DNA from: the human T2T-CHM13v2.0 reference genome, Homo sapiens
NCBI RefSeq assembly: GCF_009914755.1
Contig: NC_060927.1
DNA: 64,000 nt
Strand: one strand, 5' to 3'
Shown piece after piece: positions 1 to 11,508 of the stretch. Below the pieces are notes generated by a model, which ran no database searches, was not told where the DNA came from, and saw only the letters and a list, made by a program, of their open reading frames with translations. The translations under genes were made by a program, and so were the position numbers. Positions within the stretch are counted from its first letter, which is position 1. The number at the start of each line of letters is the position of its first letter.

Positions 1-58
1 GATGGAGTAGAGAAAAAGGCGGGGCTACAGTCCTCACAGCCTTTTGCCGACTGGTCTC

Positions 59-638
59 TGTCAGGTCCTGGGGTCTGGGTCCAGCCCATGCTGAAGCCCA
101 AGGGGAGTGGGTGGATGAGCAGAAAGAACACTCGGTGGGGGCATAGGCAGGTGAATATGGTTTTATTCAGCAGCAGCTCTCTTAGCAGCTTATTCACATT
201 GTCCACCTTTATTTCAGCTGTTTGCTCTGGCACTGCGGCTCCTACAGCCTCCACGCCTGCAGCTGCATGGCCAGCTCTCCCTTGCCTTCAGGGTCAGCAG
301 CTTAACTCTGTCTGTTTTGGGGCACCAGCGCACTGAGCTGTGTGGCTTCCTTCTGTCCGTCTGCAAGACAGACAGCTTTGGCTCTCTCTCTCCCTTTCTC
401 TGGGCGCCAGCATGCCCACCATGTTAAGCCATATTGAACCTAGCTGAGCCCCAAGAGTCCCTGTACAGCGTTAGCAGGGAAATTTTACCTTTGTGACTTA
501 AAGCAAAGTATGAGCTTACACAAAGAGGTTATATAACAAGCGGAGGTGTGCGCCTGCTTGCCAAAGTTGCTGAGTCATGCAGGCCCGGATATTCGCCTTG
601 GCCTATTCCTTGACCAAAGCACATCCATGTACCTTACA
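59..638 (-). mobile_element. Solo LTR, LTR18B-like (HERV18/ERVL group)
   Basis: Reverse strand begins TGTAAGGTACATGGATGTGCTTTGGTCAAGG and ends ...GACCTGACA, with AATAAA near the 3' end. Matches the recalled LTR18B consensus along its length. Confidence 0.85.
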
Positions 639-1038
639 GCTTCGCTCATGGGACCCACCGAGGGGACTAAAAGTGGGAGAGGATGGATTCATCAACAAAA
701 ATCTGGCCCTAAAGTCAGAAGAAAGGGTGTGCTGGGAGGCAAACCCCAAATGTTGACCGTGGTCCCAGTAGATGCACTATTTGGGACCAGCCTGCCTCAT
801 AAGATCAGCCCTGGAATTGGGGCCAGGGATTTCTGTTGTTCCCTTCCACCTTTAAGCTCCACACTTTATAGTTAACATGGCACTTCACAGTTTACTTTAA
901 AGCCAGAGGCCTGGGTGTTGCGTCAATAGTGGCATCCGTCTTCAGACAAAAGCCACATGTCCCAAGCAGTGTTTGGGGCAGGTCAGGCTTATGTTCCCTT
1001 AAGCTGCAGGTGGAGGAACACTGCCCTTTTATTTAGAG

Positions 1039-1230
1039 AAGTACTTCTCAAAAGTGCTTCAGCATATGCCAGCATCACCTAGAGGGCTTGTTAAAACGCA
1101 GATTGCTAGGTCCCAGCCCCAGAATTTCTGATTCAGAGGGGCTGGTGTCGGGTCAGAGAATTTGCATTTCTAACAAGTTTCTAGGTTATGGCAATGCTGC
1201 TGGTCTGGGGACTGCACTTTGAGGACCACT
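1039..1230. mobile_element. MER5A (hAT-Charlie MITE)
   Basis: Diagnostic segments 'cagcatcacct..cttgttaaaacgcagatt', 'atttgcatttctaacaag' and 'cactttgaggaccactg'. Confidence 0.85.
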
Positions 1231-1239
1231 GATTTAGGC

Positions 1240-1355
1240 CACTGGTTCTCAATTCTGGCAGCACACTGGAATCACCTGGGGGGTTTTAAAACCCACTTGG
1301 TCTGGGGTAAGGCCTGAATATCAGGAATCTTCAAAGCTTTCCTGGTGATTATAAA
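1240..1355. mobile_element. MER5-family fragment
   Basis: 'cactggttctcaa..ggaatcacctgggg..cctggtgattataa'. Confidence 0.6.
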
Positions 1356-1568
1356 ATACAATGAGAGTTGAGAGACTCTGATTTAGAGTATGAGCCCTGC
1401 TTGAGAAAAGCACATGGGACAATTGATTTCTTTCTCCCTTCAAGCGGCAGTGGATATTTACTTAATCTGTTTAGACATTCAGTTTCCAAGAGAGAGTTCA
1501 TTATGTATGTTACATCTACTATATCTCTGATATATTCCCTTATTTGACTTTGTGGGCTTTTTTCCCAG

Positions 1569-1725
1569 ATCATCATAGACTGTGCTTTCCAATCCAGAGG
1601 GAAATTGTGGCGTTTATCTGAAACGACCCATTTAGATGGATTTGCAATTTAAAGGGAGATTTGGAAATGTGGCATATTTCATTTCATTAATGGAAGTGAC
1701 ATACATGGCTCATTAAGCCCCACCA
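1569..1725 (+). other. Candidate internal exon (non-coding)
   Basis: Acceptor ttttttcccag|A and donor CCA|GTAAGT enclose 157 nt of non-repeat sequence. All three frames contain stops. Confidence 0.3.
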
Positions 1726-2179
1726 GTAAGTTTCTACTTGAAAAACTTTATAACTTGCTGGTCAGCCTTGGGGGCCTTCACATACTCAAAAAACACATTT
1801 CAATTTGTAGGCGTTTATAATTTGGAATTCACAGTACTTGCTTCTAGGTTGTCTGCATTAGCAAGCTAGCAGCAACCAGGACTAAAGTGCTACACAGTGC
1901 CTTTTGCACTCAGGAAGTCATCGTTTATTTGTTATTTCTTGGTTGATTTATACTTAGCTAATTATTGCTCTACTCTTGGCCAGTTATAGTTTCTTCTGTA
2001 GGGTCCATGATTCTGGAAGTTTGTAGTTGTGGCCAAGTTATAATGAATTCCTTTCGGCATTCCTATAACCAAATTACATTAATCAAACTTAAAGAACTCT
2101 CCCCAGATTCTGCAACATTAAAAAAAAAAAAAAACCAACAACAATAGCAACTAAAGACATTGTGACATAATCAAACCTA

Positions 2180-2350
2180 TTCGTGGTACTGTTTAAGGGT
2201 ATGAATATTGGAGTCTGAATACCAGGTTACAATTCCTATATAAAGCACTTTACTTTTCAGGCAAATTACATAATTTCTCTGAGTTTTAATTTCTTCACCT
2301 GTAAACTGGGCATTTTAAATCACCTGGCTTAACTACCTCACAGGTTGTAT
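2180..2350 (+). mobile_element. MIR
   Basis: Core-like 'ggcaaattacataatttctctgagttttaatttcttcacctgtaaactggg'. Confidence 0.65.
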
Positions 2351-2529
2351 CAAAAAACACGAAGTGTGTGTTTTCTTTCTGTAAACTGTTAAATAAAATA
2401 CAAATGTTATTTCTACCATAGTGCTTGCAGAAAGTAAACTTCCAGAAAATAGACTTTTAGGGATAATTGAGGCTTCACCACAAATATTTTTTATTTTAAT
2501 TAGAATGGAAACAAACATACTTTTCTTCT

Positions 2530-2922
2530 GTGTTCAACAATCCTGGGACCAAACCAAATAACTTACTTACTTGCTCCAGGAAATTCTTGTTCCCAGAGGC
2601 TGAGAACCAATTAAATGGCTGACTTACCAAGAGTAACATCTTGTTCATTAGTACTCACTTCTATACCCTCTCCTCACTGTGCCCAACAACCCAAAGATAT
2701 TGTGTTATAAACTGCCCAATCCTAGTTTCCTGCCTTGCAAGACTTGCCATAAAAGCCATCCATCCCAGGCACTAAAATACTATAAATATCCTCTCCTGAG
2801 TTTCCCCTTTTGAGATAAAACCAAGGCTTTGTCAAGGTGGTGTTTTCTCTTTCCGCAATAGGATAAAAAGCTTAGCTTTGCTTGATCAACAGGTTTTTCT
2901 GGTAGTTTTTTGGGAAATAAAC
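2530..2922 (+). mobile_element. ERV1 solo LTR, MER67-like
   Basis: 3' motif 'ctttgtcaaggtggtgttttctc..cttagctttgcttgatcaacagg'. A related copy lies at 63.5-63.8 kb. Confidence 0.6.
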
Positions 2923-3254
2923 ATAATCCTGTGAAAAATCTTCCCTAAATGTAGTATTCCAACTTTCTTTCTTCCACAGCAGGATGGCCTGGTGGAACAT
3001 ACTATTCAGTGCCCTGGGTGATCATTTAAAATATGAATTTTTCATCCAAATGTGTAGTCCACTAAAGTTCCAATAATTTCAAACCTCTGAATGATTGAGT
3101 CCTAGTTGAGAGTGGAATGAAGTAGTCCCCAAAGCTGCTGCCTCAGAATTTGGGGCCCAATAATAGGGCAATTCAACTTCCATGGGAGCTTCTGGTGCCC
3201 AGCCAAGAGCTGAGGTCTTCTGGCTTAACGTTTGTTAATTACGGTATAGTTGAG

Positions 3255-3420
3255 GTTTTCAGACTTCGGTGTGTATAAAATCATTGGAGAAGCTTATTTG
3301 TAATGTAGATTTCAGAACCCCATCCCCAGAGATTCTAATTCATAGACACAGAATATAGGGCCCCAGAATCCATATCTTAAGTCTATAGTCTTTTACAGAC
3401 CATATTTTGAGAAATATTGA
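3255..3420. mobile_element. MER5-family fragment
   Basis: 'aatgtagatttcagaaccccatccccagagattctaattca..catattttgagaaa'. Confidence 0.55.
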
Positions 3421-3589
3421 ATGATTATAGGGGAAGTAAGACCCTCGTGGATGCAGGAAACTGGTTATGATGAAAATCTTTAGATAATATCTAGTAATGA
3501 GGCACAATATCCTGAAATAACACTGTTTATTCTGGGCTTTAGTTTCCTCATTTGCAAAACAGAATTGCGAAGATTTATTAACCACAAGA

Positions 3590-3738
3590 GTTAAAGTATA
3601 TTTGGGTTCATGAGCTGCCCGATTCTCCTTGCTTGATGCTCTGCAAATAAAAACCCTCCTTTCTCTTGCTGCAAACCTCACTGTGGATGTTTGGTCTTAC
3701 TGTTCCAGGCAAGTGGACCCCAGTTTGGTTCAGTGACA
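3590..3738 (+). mobile_element. 3' fragment of an ERVL-type LTR (MER74/MER54/MER73-like)
   Basis: AATAAA followed by 'ctgcaaacctcactgtggatgtttggtcttactg..ggaccccagtttggttcagtgaca' LTR terminus. Confidence 0.55.
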
Positions 3739-3744
3739 CCCGGG

Positions 3745-4095
3745 GCCAGGGAATAGGCTTCTGCTATGCCGTTGATCTGTCATCCTCAGCATGTGGCTTC
3801 CACTTTCTAGTCTAAGACTCATGCAGCCACCACTTCTGCATTCCAGGCATCAGGAAGAAGAAGGGAGAGCAAAAGACAGGAATCTTCTCCATAAGGCACT
3901 TCCCAGAAGTTGCACTTGTCACTTCTACTCACATCTCATTGGCAGAATTAAGTCACGTGATTATACCTAACTAAAACAGAGGCTGGGAAATGCGGTCCTT
4001 GTTCAGAGCAGCCAAGTGTCTGGCTAACATTCAGCAAAGGAAAGCGTATCTATTATTAAGGAGAGGGGAGAGAACCAATTATTGGTTTCTGCTAC
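3745..4095 (-). mobile_element. MaLR LTR, old MLT1 (J/K-like)
   Basis: 'cacttctactcacatctcattggcagaattaagtcacgtg..gaggctgggaaatg'. Confidence 0.7.
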
Positions 4096-4109
4096 ATGGA
4101 CGTTGTATA

Positions 4110-4450
4110 AAGGGCCTTAGCTATCATGTTGGAATAGTTTGTATTTAATTCATCTAGGAATTTGGAGACAATACATTGTTTAGAGGCAAAAATGTGACAT
4201 TATTTTACGAATATAATCCATCTTTCAGTGATCTGTAGGAGGGACTAAAAGAAGGAAAACTTGAAGCAGGAAGGCCAAATCCGTGATGGCAACAGGTAAA
4301 GCAAGAGGTAATGTGGACAGAATTTAGCAGCAGCAGTAAGAATAGAAAGGAGACACTCAACTGAAAAAATGGAACCAAAAAATTTGGTAACTGAATTTAC
4401 TGTGTGGATGAACAATGAAATGAGAATGTCAAACTTCAGTCGTGACTGCC
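4110..4450 (-). mobile_element. L2 fragment
   Basis: Purine-rich degenerate sequence resembling antisense L2. Confidence 0.45.
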
Positions 4451-5108
4451 CAGAATGGAAGAGCACAAGCTCAAATGTCTACAGAGGCCCTGTAGATAAG
4501 TAATTGGGCAAAATGGGCTCCCATATCACCCAATAGGAAGGCAGGGGGCCTTCCTGGTGCCTAGCAATAGAAAAGCTGCTCAGGCCCCTGGAGACACCAC
4601 TGCTCAGACTTTGAATACCACTGGGGCCGTCTTGGGGGGCAGGGGCAGGGAGATAGGAGTCTCAAAAGAGACTCCTACAGCAGGAGAAATAAAACATTTA
4701 TCAATATCTCCCACTTAAAAATCTCAAACTACCCTATTAAATGAGTATAAAACACTTATATAACCACTTCCACCCTAAGCCTCCAAGATGGATAAGGATT
4801 ATAAAATAGTCAGCATTTCTACATGCCCTAACAATATCTAAGAGCTAAAATTTATGTAATGTTTTGTTGTTTTCATTTTTTTAAAATTCATTTATTTACT
4901 CATTCTCTTAAATGGGATTCCCATTTTACATGTGAGAAAACTGAGAAATAGTCATGTTAACTAACAGTCATATTGCCGGAAGGGGTAAAGCTGAGATCCT
5001 AACTCGGGCCTTTCTGCCTCATCATCCCAAGGTCTCCCACCTCTGTTACATGAATGAGCAGAAAGCGATCACTTCTGGATTGTGTGGATGTGCATGCATG
5101 CTGTCAAT

Positions 5109-5516
5109 TTTATTGATCACAAAGAGCTAAGAATGCCCTGAGTAATCTGGAAAACACAATTGTTATGTCACTTTCAGAAAAACTGCTTCCGTGTGGATTG
5201 GTAGTCAGTGTTCCTGTAATATGAGAGTTTTCTCTTCACTTGGGACATTGAGACCTAGTGATGTTTCTGGCTTTCTGAAATCTCTTGCACATATTCTCTT
5301 GGTTGGTGTGGCAACTGCTTCTGTTGCTGCTACTGACGTACGCAGGCCTTTCATGTTGCTCACTGAACTTACTGAGACTTCTAGGTTGGCTCATGACCCA
5401 GATGCATTCCTTAAACTCTTCCCACCTGAACTCATAAACACACAAACCCTGCTTTGAGCCTCCTTCAGAGAATAAAATCTCTGTTAACCTGGAATAAAAT
5501 ATATCTAGTAAATAAA
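5109..5516. other. Candidate terminal exon(s), acceptor plus AATAAA on both strands
   Basis: + strand: acceptor ctttcag| at 5177, open frame to 5457, AATAAA at 5471/5493/5511. - strand: acceptor ttttattccag| at 5489, open frame to 5236, AATAAA at 5114-5109. Confidence 0.35.
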
Positions 5517-6116
5517 GAATAATGTATTACCATTGTTGATGACATAAGGAATTTTGAAACAGCCCAAACATCTCATCATAGGGTTTTATGTGCCCTACTT
5601 ATGTATCATCATAAGCTTATAATGAAAGAGCTACTCAATGAAATGTTATTTATTTATTCATTAAAAAATGGTAAATGAGCAGTCAAGAAATTGAATGTGG
5701 CTGTGGTTTTTATCACGTTAAAAAAAAAAGGAAAATGGCAGGAAGGAAATATACCAACATTTTAACATTGGTTACATAGCCTGTAGCACATTTAAACAGA
5801 AAGAAATCTTGTTAAAGGAACATTTTGTGAGAACTGCAAATCAACAGAACACCAGCATCTCAGCTGTTAGATTTGGTTCAGATATTGATCAATAATAATA
5901 ACAAGAGGGGTTCTTTACTTAAGACTTCATGAAGCGAATAGAAATTTGAAGAGAATGACTAAACCCATGCTTTAAAGCAAGAATTATATGCAGTCTTACA
6001 AGAGAGTGGAAAGCATGATGAAGAATCAAGTCCTGGAGTCAGACTACTAATTGCAAGGCTTTAGGAAAGTTACTTAACCTCTATGTGCTTCTATTTCCTT
6101 TTTTTAAAAAAAATGG

Positions 6117-6313
6117 CACGGTGAAACCCCGTCTCTACTAAAAATACAAAAAATTAGCTGGGCGTGGTGGCGGGTGCATGTAGTCCCAGCTACTTGGGAG
6201 GCTGAAGCAAGAGAATGGCTTGAACTGGGAGGCAGAGCTTGCAGTGAGCTGAGATCGTGCCACTGCACTCCAGCCTGGGCGACAGAACGAGACTCTGTCT
6301 CAAAAAAAAAAAA
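6117..6313 (+). mobile_element. 5'-truncated AluY inserted in a MIR
   Basis: AluY-diagnostic 'gcagagcttgcagtgagc', poly-A tail, TSD aaaaaaaatgg on both sides. MIR core flanks it (~6010-6375). Confidence 0.92.
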
Positions 6314-8319
6314 ATGGTGTTGTTGAGGATGAAATAAAACTACCTGGCAAACAATAAGTACTCGATAAAAGTTACTAGAAGCATTCTGACATTGATTCTC
6401 TTTCTTTTCTTGCTAAGAAAATGTTGATAAGCATTAGCCGCATGTAGCAAAAGAATGACTGTGTCCAGTGTTTGGAAACATATTTGGCACCTCCTTCTGC
6501 TTGCTTAGGAAAAGCTCCCTGAGTGATGTAGCTCTCAGTTCTTTCTTTAATCTGGGAGCTTTGTAGTCTGTCCTTTGGGTGGAAAATTAACCTCATATAT
6601 GGGATCCAAAATGAAGTTAATTTCCACAAGTGGGAGGAAAAACAGACGCCATGACATTTCCTATGTAATGCCGTCACGCATTCTCCTTTCCACTGTGCAG
6701 CACACTGGGGTGGCACAGCTCCAATATGCAGCCTGCGTTATGTTAGAGGCTTGACTAGAGGGTAGGATGGAAGGGCCGCACGTGAGCCAGCTGCAGGAGG
6801 AGTAAAGTGTCAGGAGGAAAGGGACAGAGTAGGAAAGGGACAGAACAGTCACGCTCTGCCCCAAATTCACTTTGTGACGTTGGGCAAGTGGACTCACTCT
6901 GACCCTTGGTTCCTCCCCAGGCAAAATGAGGGGCAGAACTGAGTAAATTCCTCCCAACACTAACATCTATGATTCTATTTTCCCCTCCCAGTGACCACTT
7001 CCTCTGAAAGTACAGCTGACTCACGACCCCAGGCAGCTTAAGATGTGCTCCAAGCCCTTTCTCATCAGTAAAGCCTGACTAATATCAGCCTGAATTTAAG
7101 GCTGTTTAGCAATTGTCCTGCCTGCAGTTGGGGGTGAAGGAGGTGAGCTCCCCATCTGTGCAGGCTGGAGGCTCTGCATTTACCCACTGTGATCATTGCC
7201 TTGGTCTATTGCTGCTTCGTCTTTAAACACTGTTTACTCTGCCTTTCCTCTCTCCCAGCATTCTTCTGAATTGGGCTGGATGATTTCTCCTTTTCCTTTT
7301 CAGAAGTTTAGTTTACCTTTAGCTTTAGCTTGGAGCTTTGGTGATGAAAGAAAAGAGATCGTATTTCCTCTAGTCAGAGCTGTATTTTCAGGGCACAGCT
7401 GCCTGGACCCACTAGAAATATAACAAGAGTACATATGAGGTCATGGTCAAATCCCATCCGGCTCCCTCCTAATAGGAGAAGAACGCAATGAGAGTTTAGT
7501 CTCCGGAAAGTCAAGCTTAGCCAGGCTTGTGGGCTGGATGCTGGGTGCTGGTGTCATAGTAGATCAGTTGAAGGGACGGTGTTTTTCCAGGTTCTGGATG
7601 GAGCTCCAATCTTTTCTCTATTTCTAAATTCTCATGACTGCCTAAGGGCTAGGAGAGGCCTTAATCTTTGATTCATGGAATGTTGGAACCAGAAGGTCTC
7701 CAAGTGCTGTCGTGTTGTGACACTGAAGCACTGTTTATTGATTCCCTGGAAAGCCCTAACAAATATGACTGGTGCAGAATGCACTTTGGAAGGCCATCTA
7801 GTCGAATTAGGAGTCTTGTAATTCCATGTTCATGTCACCTGTGCGTGTGACCAGTGTACATATATGCACAGATTTGCGCATGAAGCAGGTGACTGGGGAA
7901 CGAATGACCTATTTGCCAAAGCATTTGGAATATTCACTCCAAGACAGCAATTAGCAATAAATCCAGGTCTTTGAGCTGGTAATAATATCTACATGTATAC
8001 AGTATTGATTGAGCTCTTATGATATGCTAGGCATTATCCTGCAGGCTTCATAAAGATTGTATTATTTAATGTTCACTATGATCTTATCAGATTGGGGCTG
8101 CTATTCTTCACACTTAATGAATGGGGAAACAAGGCTGAGAAAATTTAAGTAAAATTTAAATTTTCCGAACTCACAAAGCTGCTCATGGTAAAAACAAAAT
8201 TTAAACCAAAGTAGTCCATCTGCAGAGCTGTGCATCTATCAAAAAAACTATACTGCTCCCCTACATGTGGTCTCTGTCCCAATGACATGGTGAATACTTT
8301 TCATTTTGCAATGAATTTC

Positions 8320-8560
8320 ACTTAGTGTAGGTTAAGAACCAGGATTTTGGAGATTTAGTACTGCCTAGATTCAATCTCAGTTCTGTCATCTGTTGTTAGA
8401 ATCTTGGCCAAGTTGATTAACCTCTGTGCCTTAGTTTCCTCGTCTATAAAATGGGGATAATAATGGTATCACTCTCACAAAGTTGTGATGATTAAATGAG
8501 AAAACATAAGCAAAGGTCTTAGAACATAGTAATGCTAGCCATTCTTAACTTTTTAGCTAT
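8320..8560 (+). mobile_element. MIR
   Basis: 'caagttgattaacctctgtgccttagtttcctcgtctataaaatggggataataat'. Confidence 0.8.
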
Positions 8561-9539
8561 TATTAGTAACAAACATGTATTGATTACCTACTGTATTTCA
8601 GGTATTAGGTTCTTAGACGTAGGCAGAGGAGAGGGACAGGATATTATGGTTAATAAAAAAAGATGTTATAGAGAGGGAAAGATATATTTTAAACCAATCA
8701 TGATATAAAGTGTTATAATCCATAGTGGATCACTAAGAAAGGATTGACAGGCAGAGACAAAGTTGCAAAGGGAGGTTTGGGACCAGACTTGAAAGGATAC
8801 AGAAACTGCAAGTGCTAAAGGGTTGGGACTTCATCCTGTGTAGGCAATGTAGGTAACCAAGGAGCTGAGGTGTTTTTAAAATAGTGGTTGGTGGCACAAT
8901 CATTTAAGGGTTTTACTAACCACTGTCTGAACCCTATTTAGTTAAAGGTGAGTATTAGAAAAAGTTCTAAGAGAACAGAAATGGTCCTTATAAAAACAGT
9001 TTTGCCAGATTTTAAAAAAATTCTGTTTGCAAGCTGATCTGTAGATTTTATATAACATTAAAATATTCTCTGTACCAAAAAAGGACTTCAAATCATTTTA
9101 TATCCTGATCCCACATGCATTGTGCAAATGACTCTCATTGACTTAATACATTTGGCATCCTCTAGCATGTATAAAACATGCTTTATAAATAGTAACATAG
9201 CCCATGCTGCCAGGGCCTCCTCTTGACTCAGGCAAAGATGACAGTGTATTCTCTTAAGAATATGAGATAATGCATGAGGCAGTTCTTGCAATATGTATGC
9301 CAGAGAAGGTTTGAGCTGGGGCATAATCTCTAGGGAATGGGAATAATTTTAAAAGTCAAAGCTATGGTTGGCTGGTTTTTACAGCAATAAACCCAACCTG
9401 TTCCACCAGTTCCATTCTGCATGGTTGATTAAGTGACCAGCATGACCAGCCAGTCATTCTCTGCTGTGTATGCCCAGCTCAAACACAGAGAGCTAAATGA
9501 AGTGGAAAAAACCCACATTAATAAAGGAAGAGCTGAGGA

Positions 9540-9925
9540 TGTGCAAGGATTTAGCACAAAATGTTCATCACAGTGTTAATTAAAATAGTAAGGATGCCCA
9601 ACATTTGGTAAAGTGTTTGACTGTTATAGTACATCTGTAAGACTCACTACTTCGCAGTTATTGAAAAGGATGATCTATAAAAGAATATAATAACACAAAG
9701 GAATTATACCACAGTAAATGATGATTTTAAAAAGAAAGCTTCTAATACTGTATGCACAATAAAATCTTATTTTTTAAAAGAAAAAAGATTCATGTTTTAA
9801 TAGCTATTATCTTTAGAGGTTGAGATTATTGGGGACTTTTGTTGTATTCTTTTGCTTATGTATACTATTTAATTTTTCTATAGTGAAGATCTATTAATTT
9901 TATATCAAAAGTTAAAAAAAAAAAT
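9540..9925 (+). mobile_element. Ancient L1 (L1ME-type) 3' end
   Basis: 'aatgttcatcacagtgtt', 'atagctattatctttagaggttgagattattggg' and an A-rich end. Confidence 0.55.
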
Positions 9926-9927
9926 CT

Positions 9928-10497
9928 TCCCCTCTCTTCCTGCGTGTTGCCTACAGAGGGAAAGCCATCTCCTTCTTGACACCATGGCTACCCTTAGACC
10001 CCTCGTGAAGCCCAAGATCATCTAAGATGGACCAAGAAGTTTATCCTTCACCAGTCAGACTGACATATCAAAATTAGATGTACGCATATAGCAGCAACCC
10101 AGAGGCATTGACAACAGGGTGGGGAGAAAAATCAAAGGCGAGACCTTGATCCCCAACATTGGTTGTGGGAGCAAAAAGAAGCAAAACACATGCTCCCCAG
10201 TGGCTTCCAAAAATTCCTGTTCCACGATGTCAAAGAGCTGGAAGTGCTGCTGATGTGCAACAAATCTTACTGTGCTGAGATTGCTCAACATGCTTCTCCA
10301 AGAACGGTTAAAGCCACTGTGGAGAGAGTAACCCGACAGCCCAGCAGAGTCACTAGTCCCAATGCCAGGCTGCACAGCAAGAAAAATTAATAGACAGCTC
10401 ATGTACACACTTTATTTGTGTTAAATAAAACCATAAATACTCTGTCATCTGGCATCCTCCCCCTTAAAAACATACAAAAAATACAAAAACAAAAACC
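9928..10497 (+). pseudogene. RPL32P: Processed pseudogene of ribosomal protein L32 (eL32), full length
   Basis: 5' pyrimidine (TOP) tract; ATG at 9984 gives MATLRPLVKPKII* (premature TAA at 10023). Downstream segments match RPL32 ([45 protein letters not shown]). Intronless, with frameshifts, AATAAA at 10424, an A-rich tail and TSD-like aaaatct on both sides. Confidence 0.97.
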
Positions 10498-10582
10498 AAG
10501 AAAATCTAAATAAAAGAATAAAATATTTGTGGGTGCTTTATACATGTTGCTCATTTAGTTCTCACACCAGTCCTATGAGATG

Positions 10583-10800
10583 GTGTGGCAAAAACCATCA
10601 GTGTTCTCCCAAATCCATGTGTTTCATGGCATTTCCAGACTCCTTTGCAGTCAGATTGGTCATATAAAAGACTTCCGACAGATGAAATGTAGACATGAGT
10701 TATGCACCCCCTTCCAGCCTGGCCTTACAATAGCCTACAGTGCTTTTTGCTCTCTCTCCTTCTCTTCTTCATCACACTGAAAGCAAATAACTCCAACTCG
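10583..10800 (+). mobile_element. Old MLT1 LTR, 5' part (3' part resumes at ~16801-16884)
   Basis: 'catttccagactcctttgcagtcag..' here and 'atgttaagccatcaagacttc..gtttgtttcagcagcatagcctatcctacc' after the L1. Confidence 0.55.
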
Positions 10801-10849
10801 TGGCCCAATTAAAGGAGCTCAAATGTTCAGAGAGCTGCCCAGGAAAACC

Positions 10850-11070
10850 ACCTATCTTCACCCACTTTGTGCTCCCTCTCTCTTTCTGTCATGTGAGGAT
10901 ACAACAAAAAGTTGGCAGTCTGCACCCTTGAAGGGGGCCCACACTTGGACCCAAGTATGCGGGCACTCATCTCAGACTTACAGCCTCCTGAACTGTGAGA
11001 AATATATTTCTGTTGTTTGTAAGCTACCTCACGTAAGAATGTTTTATAGCACCCCAAACTGTCTAAGGCA
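10850..11070 (+). mobile_element. MLT1A-type LTR, 3' part
   Basis: 'catgtgaggatacaac..cagcctcctgaactgtgagaaatatatttctgttgtttgtaagctacc..ctaaggca'. Confidence 0.8.
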
Positions 11071-11508
11071 GTGCATTTACAAGATTGATATTCACAGTCA
11101 TTATTGGTATAATTGCATCAACATCTAACATATTTGTGATGTTTTCTATTTGTTGCCCTTGATTTTTCTTTTTATTTTTGTCTTTCACACTTTTTCTGCC
11201 TTTTATGGTTTTAATGAGCATTTTATCTCCTTTATCAGCATATCATTTGTAGTTCTTTTTTTTACTTTTATTTATGGTTGTCCTAGAGTTTGCAGTAGAC
11301 ATTTATAACAAATCCAAGTCTACTTTTAAATTACACTATACTTCTGTAGTGCAAGTACCTTATAGTAACAAAATATTTGTAATTCCTATCTTACATTCCT
11401 TTTATCATGTTGTTGTTCATTTCACTTATACATAAGCATGTATATATGAATACATTGTTTGTGTTATTATTTTGAACAAGCTGTTAGAACAATTAAGAAA
11501 AAATAAAG
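11071..11508 (-). mobile_element. Inverted 5' segment of L1MC1
   Basis: Colinear with ~50858-51410 of the minus-strand L1MC1 in this window. Confidence 0.75.

Noticed and set aside
10055-10408. 117-aa minus-strand ORF
   Set aside because: Antisense frame of the RPL32 pseudogene.
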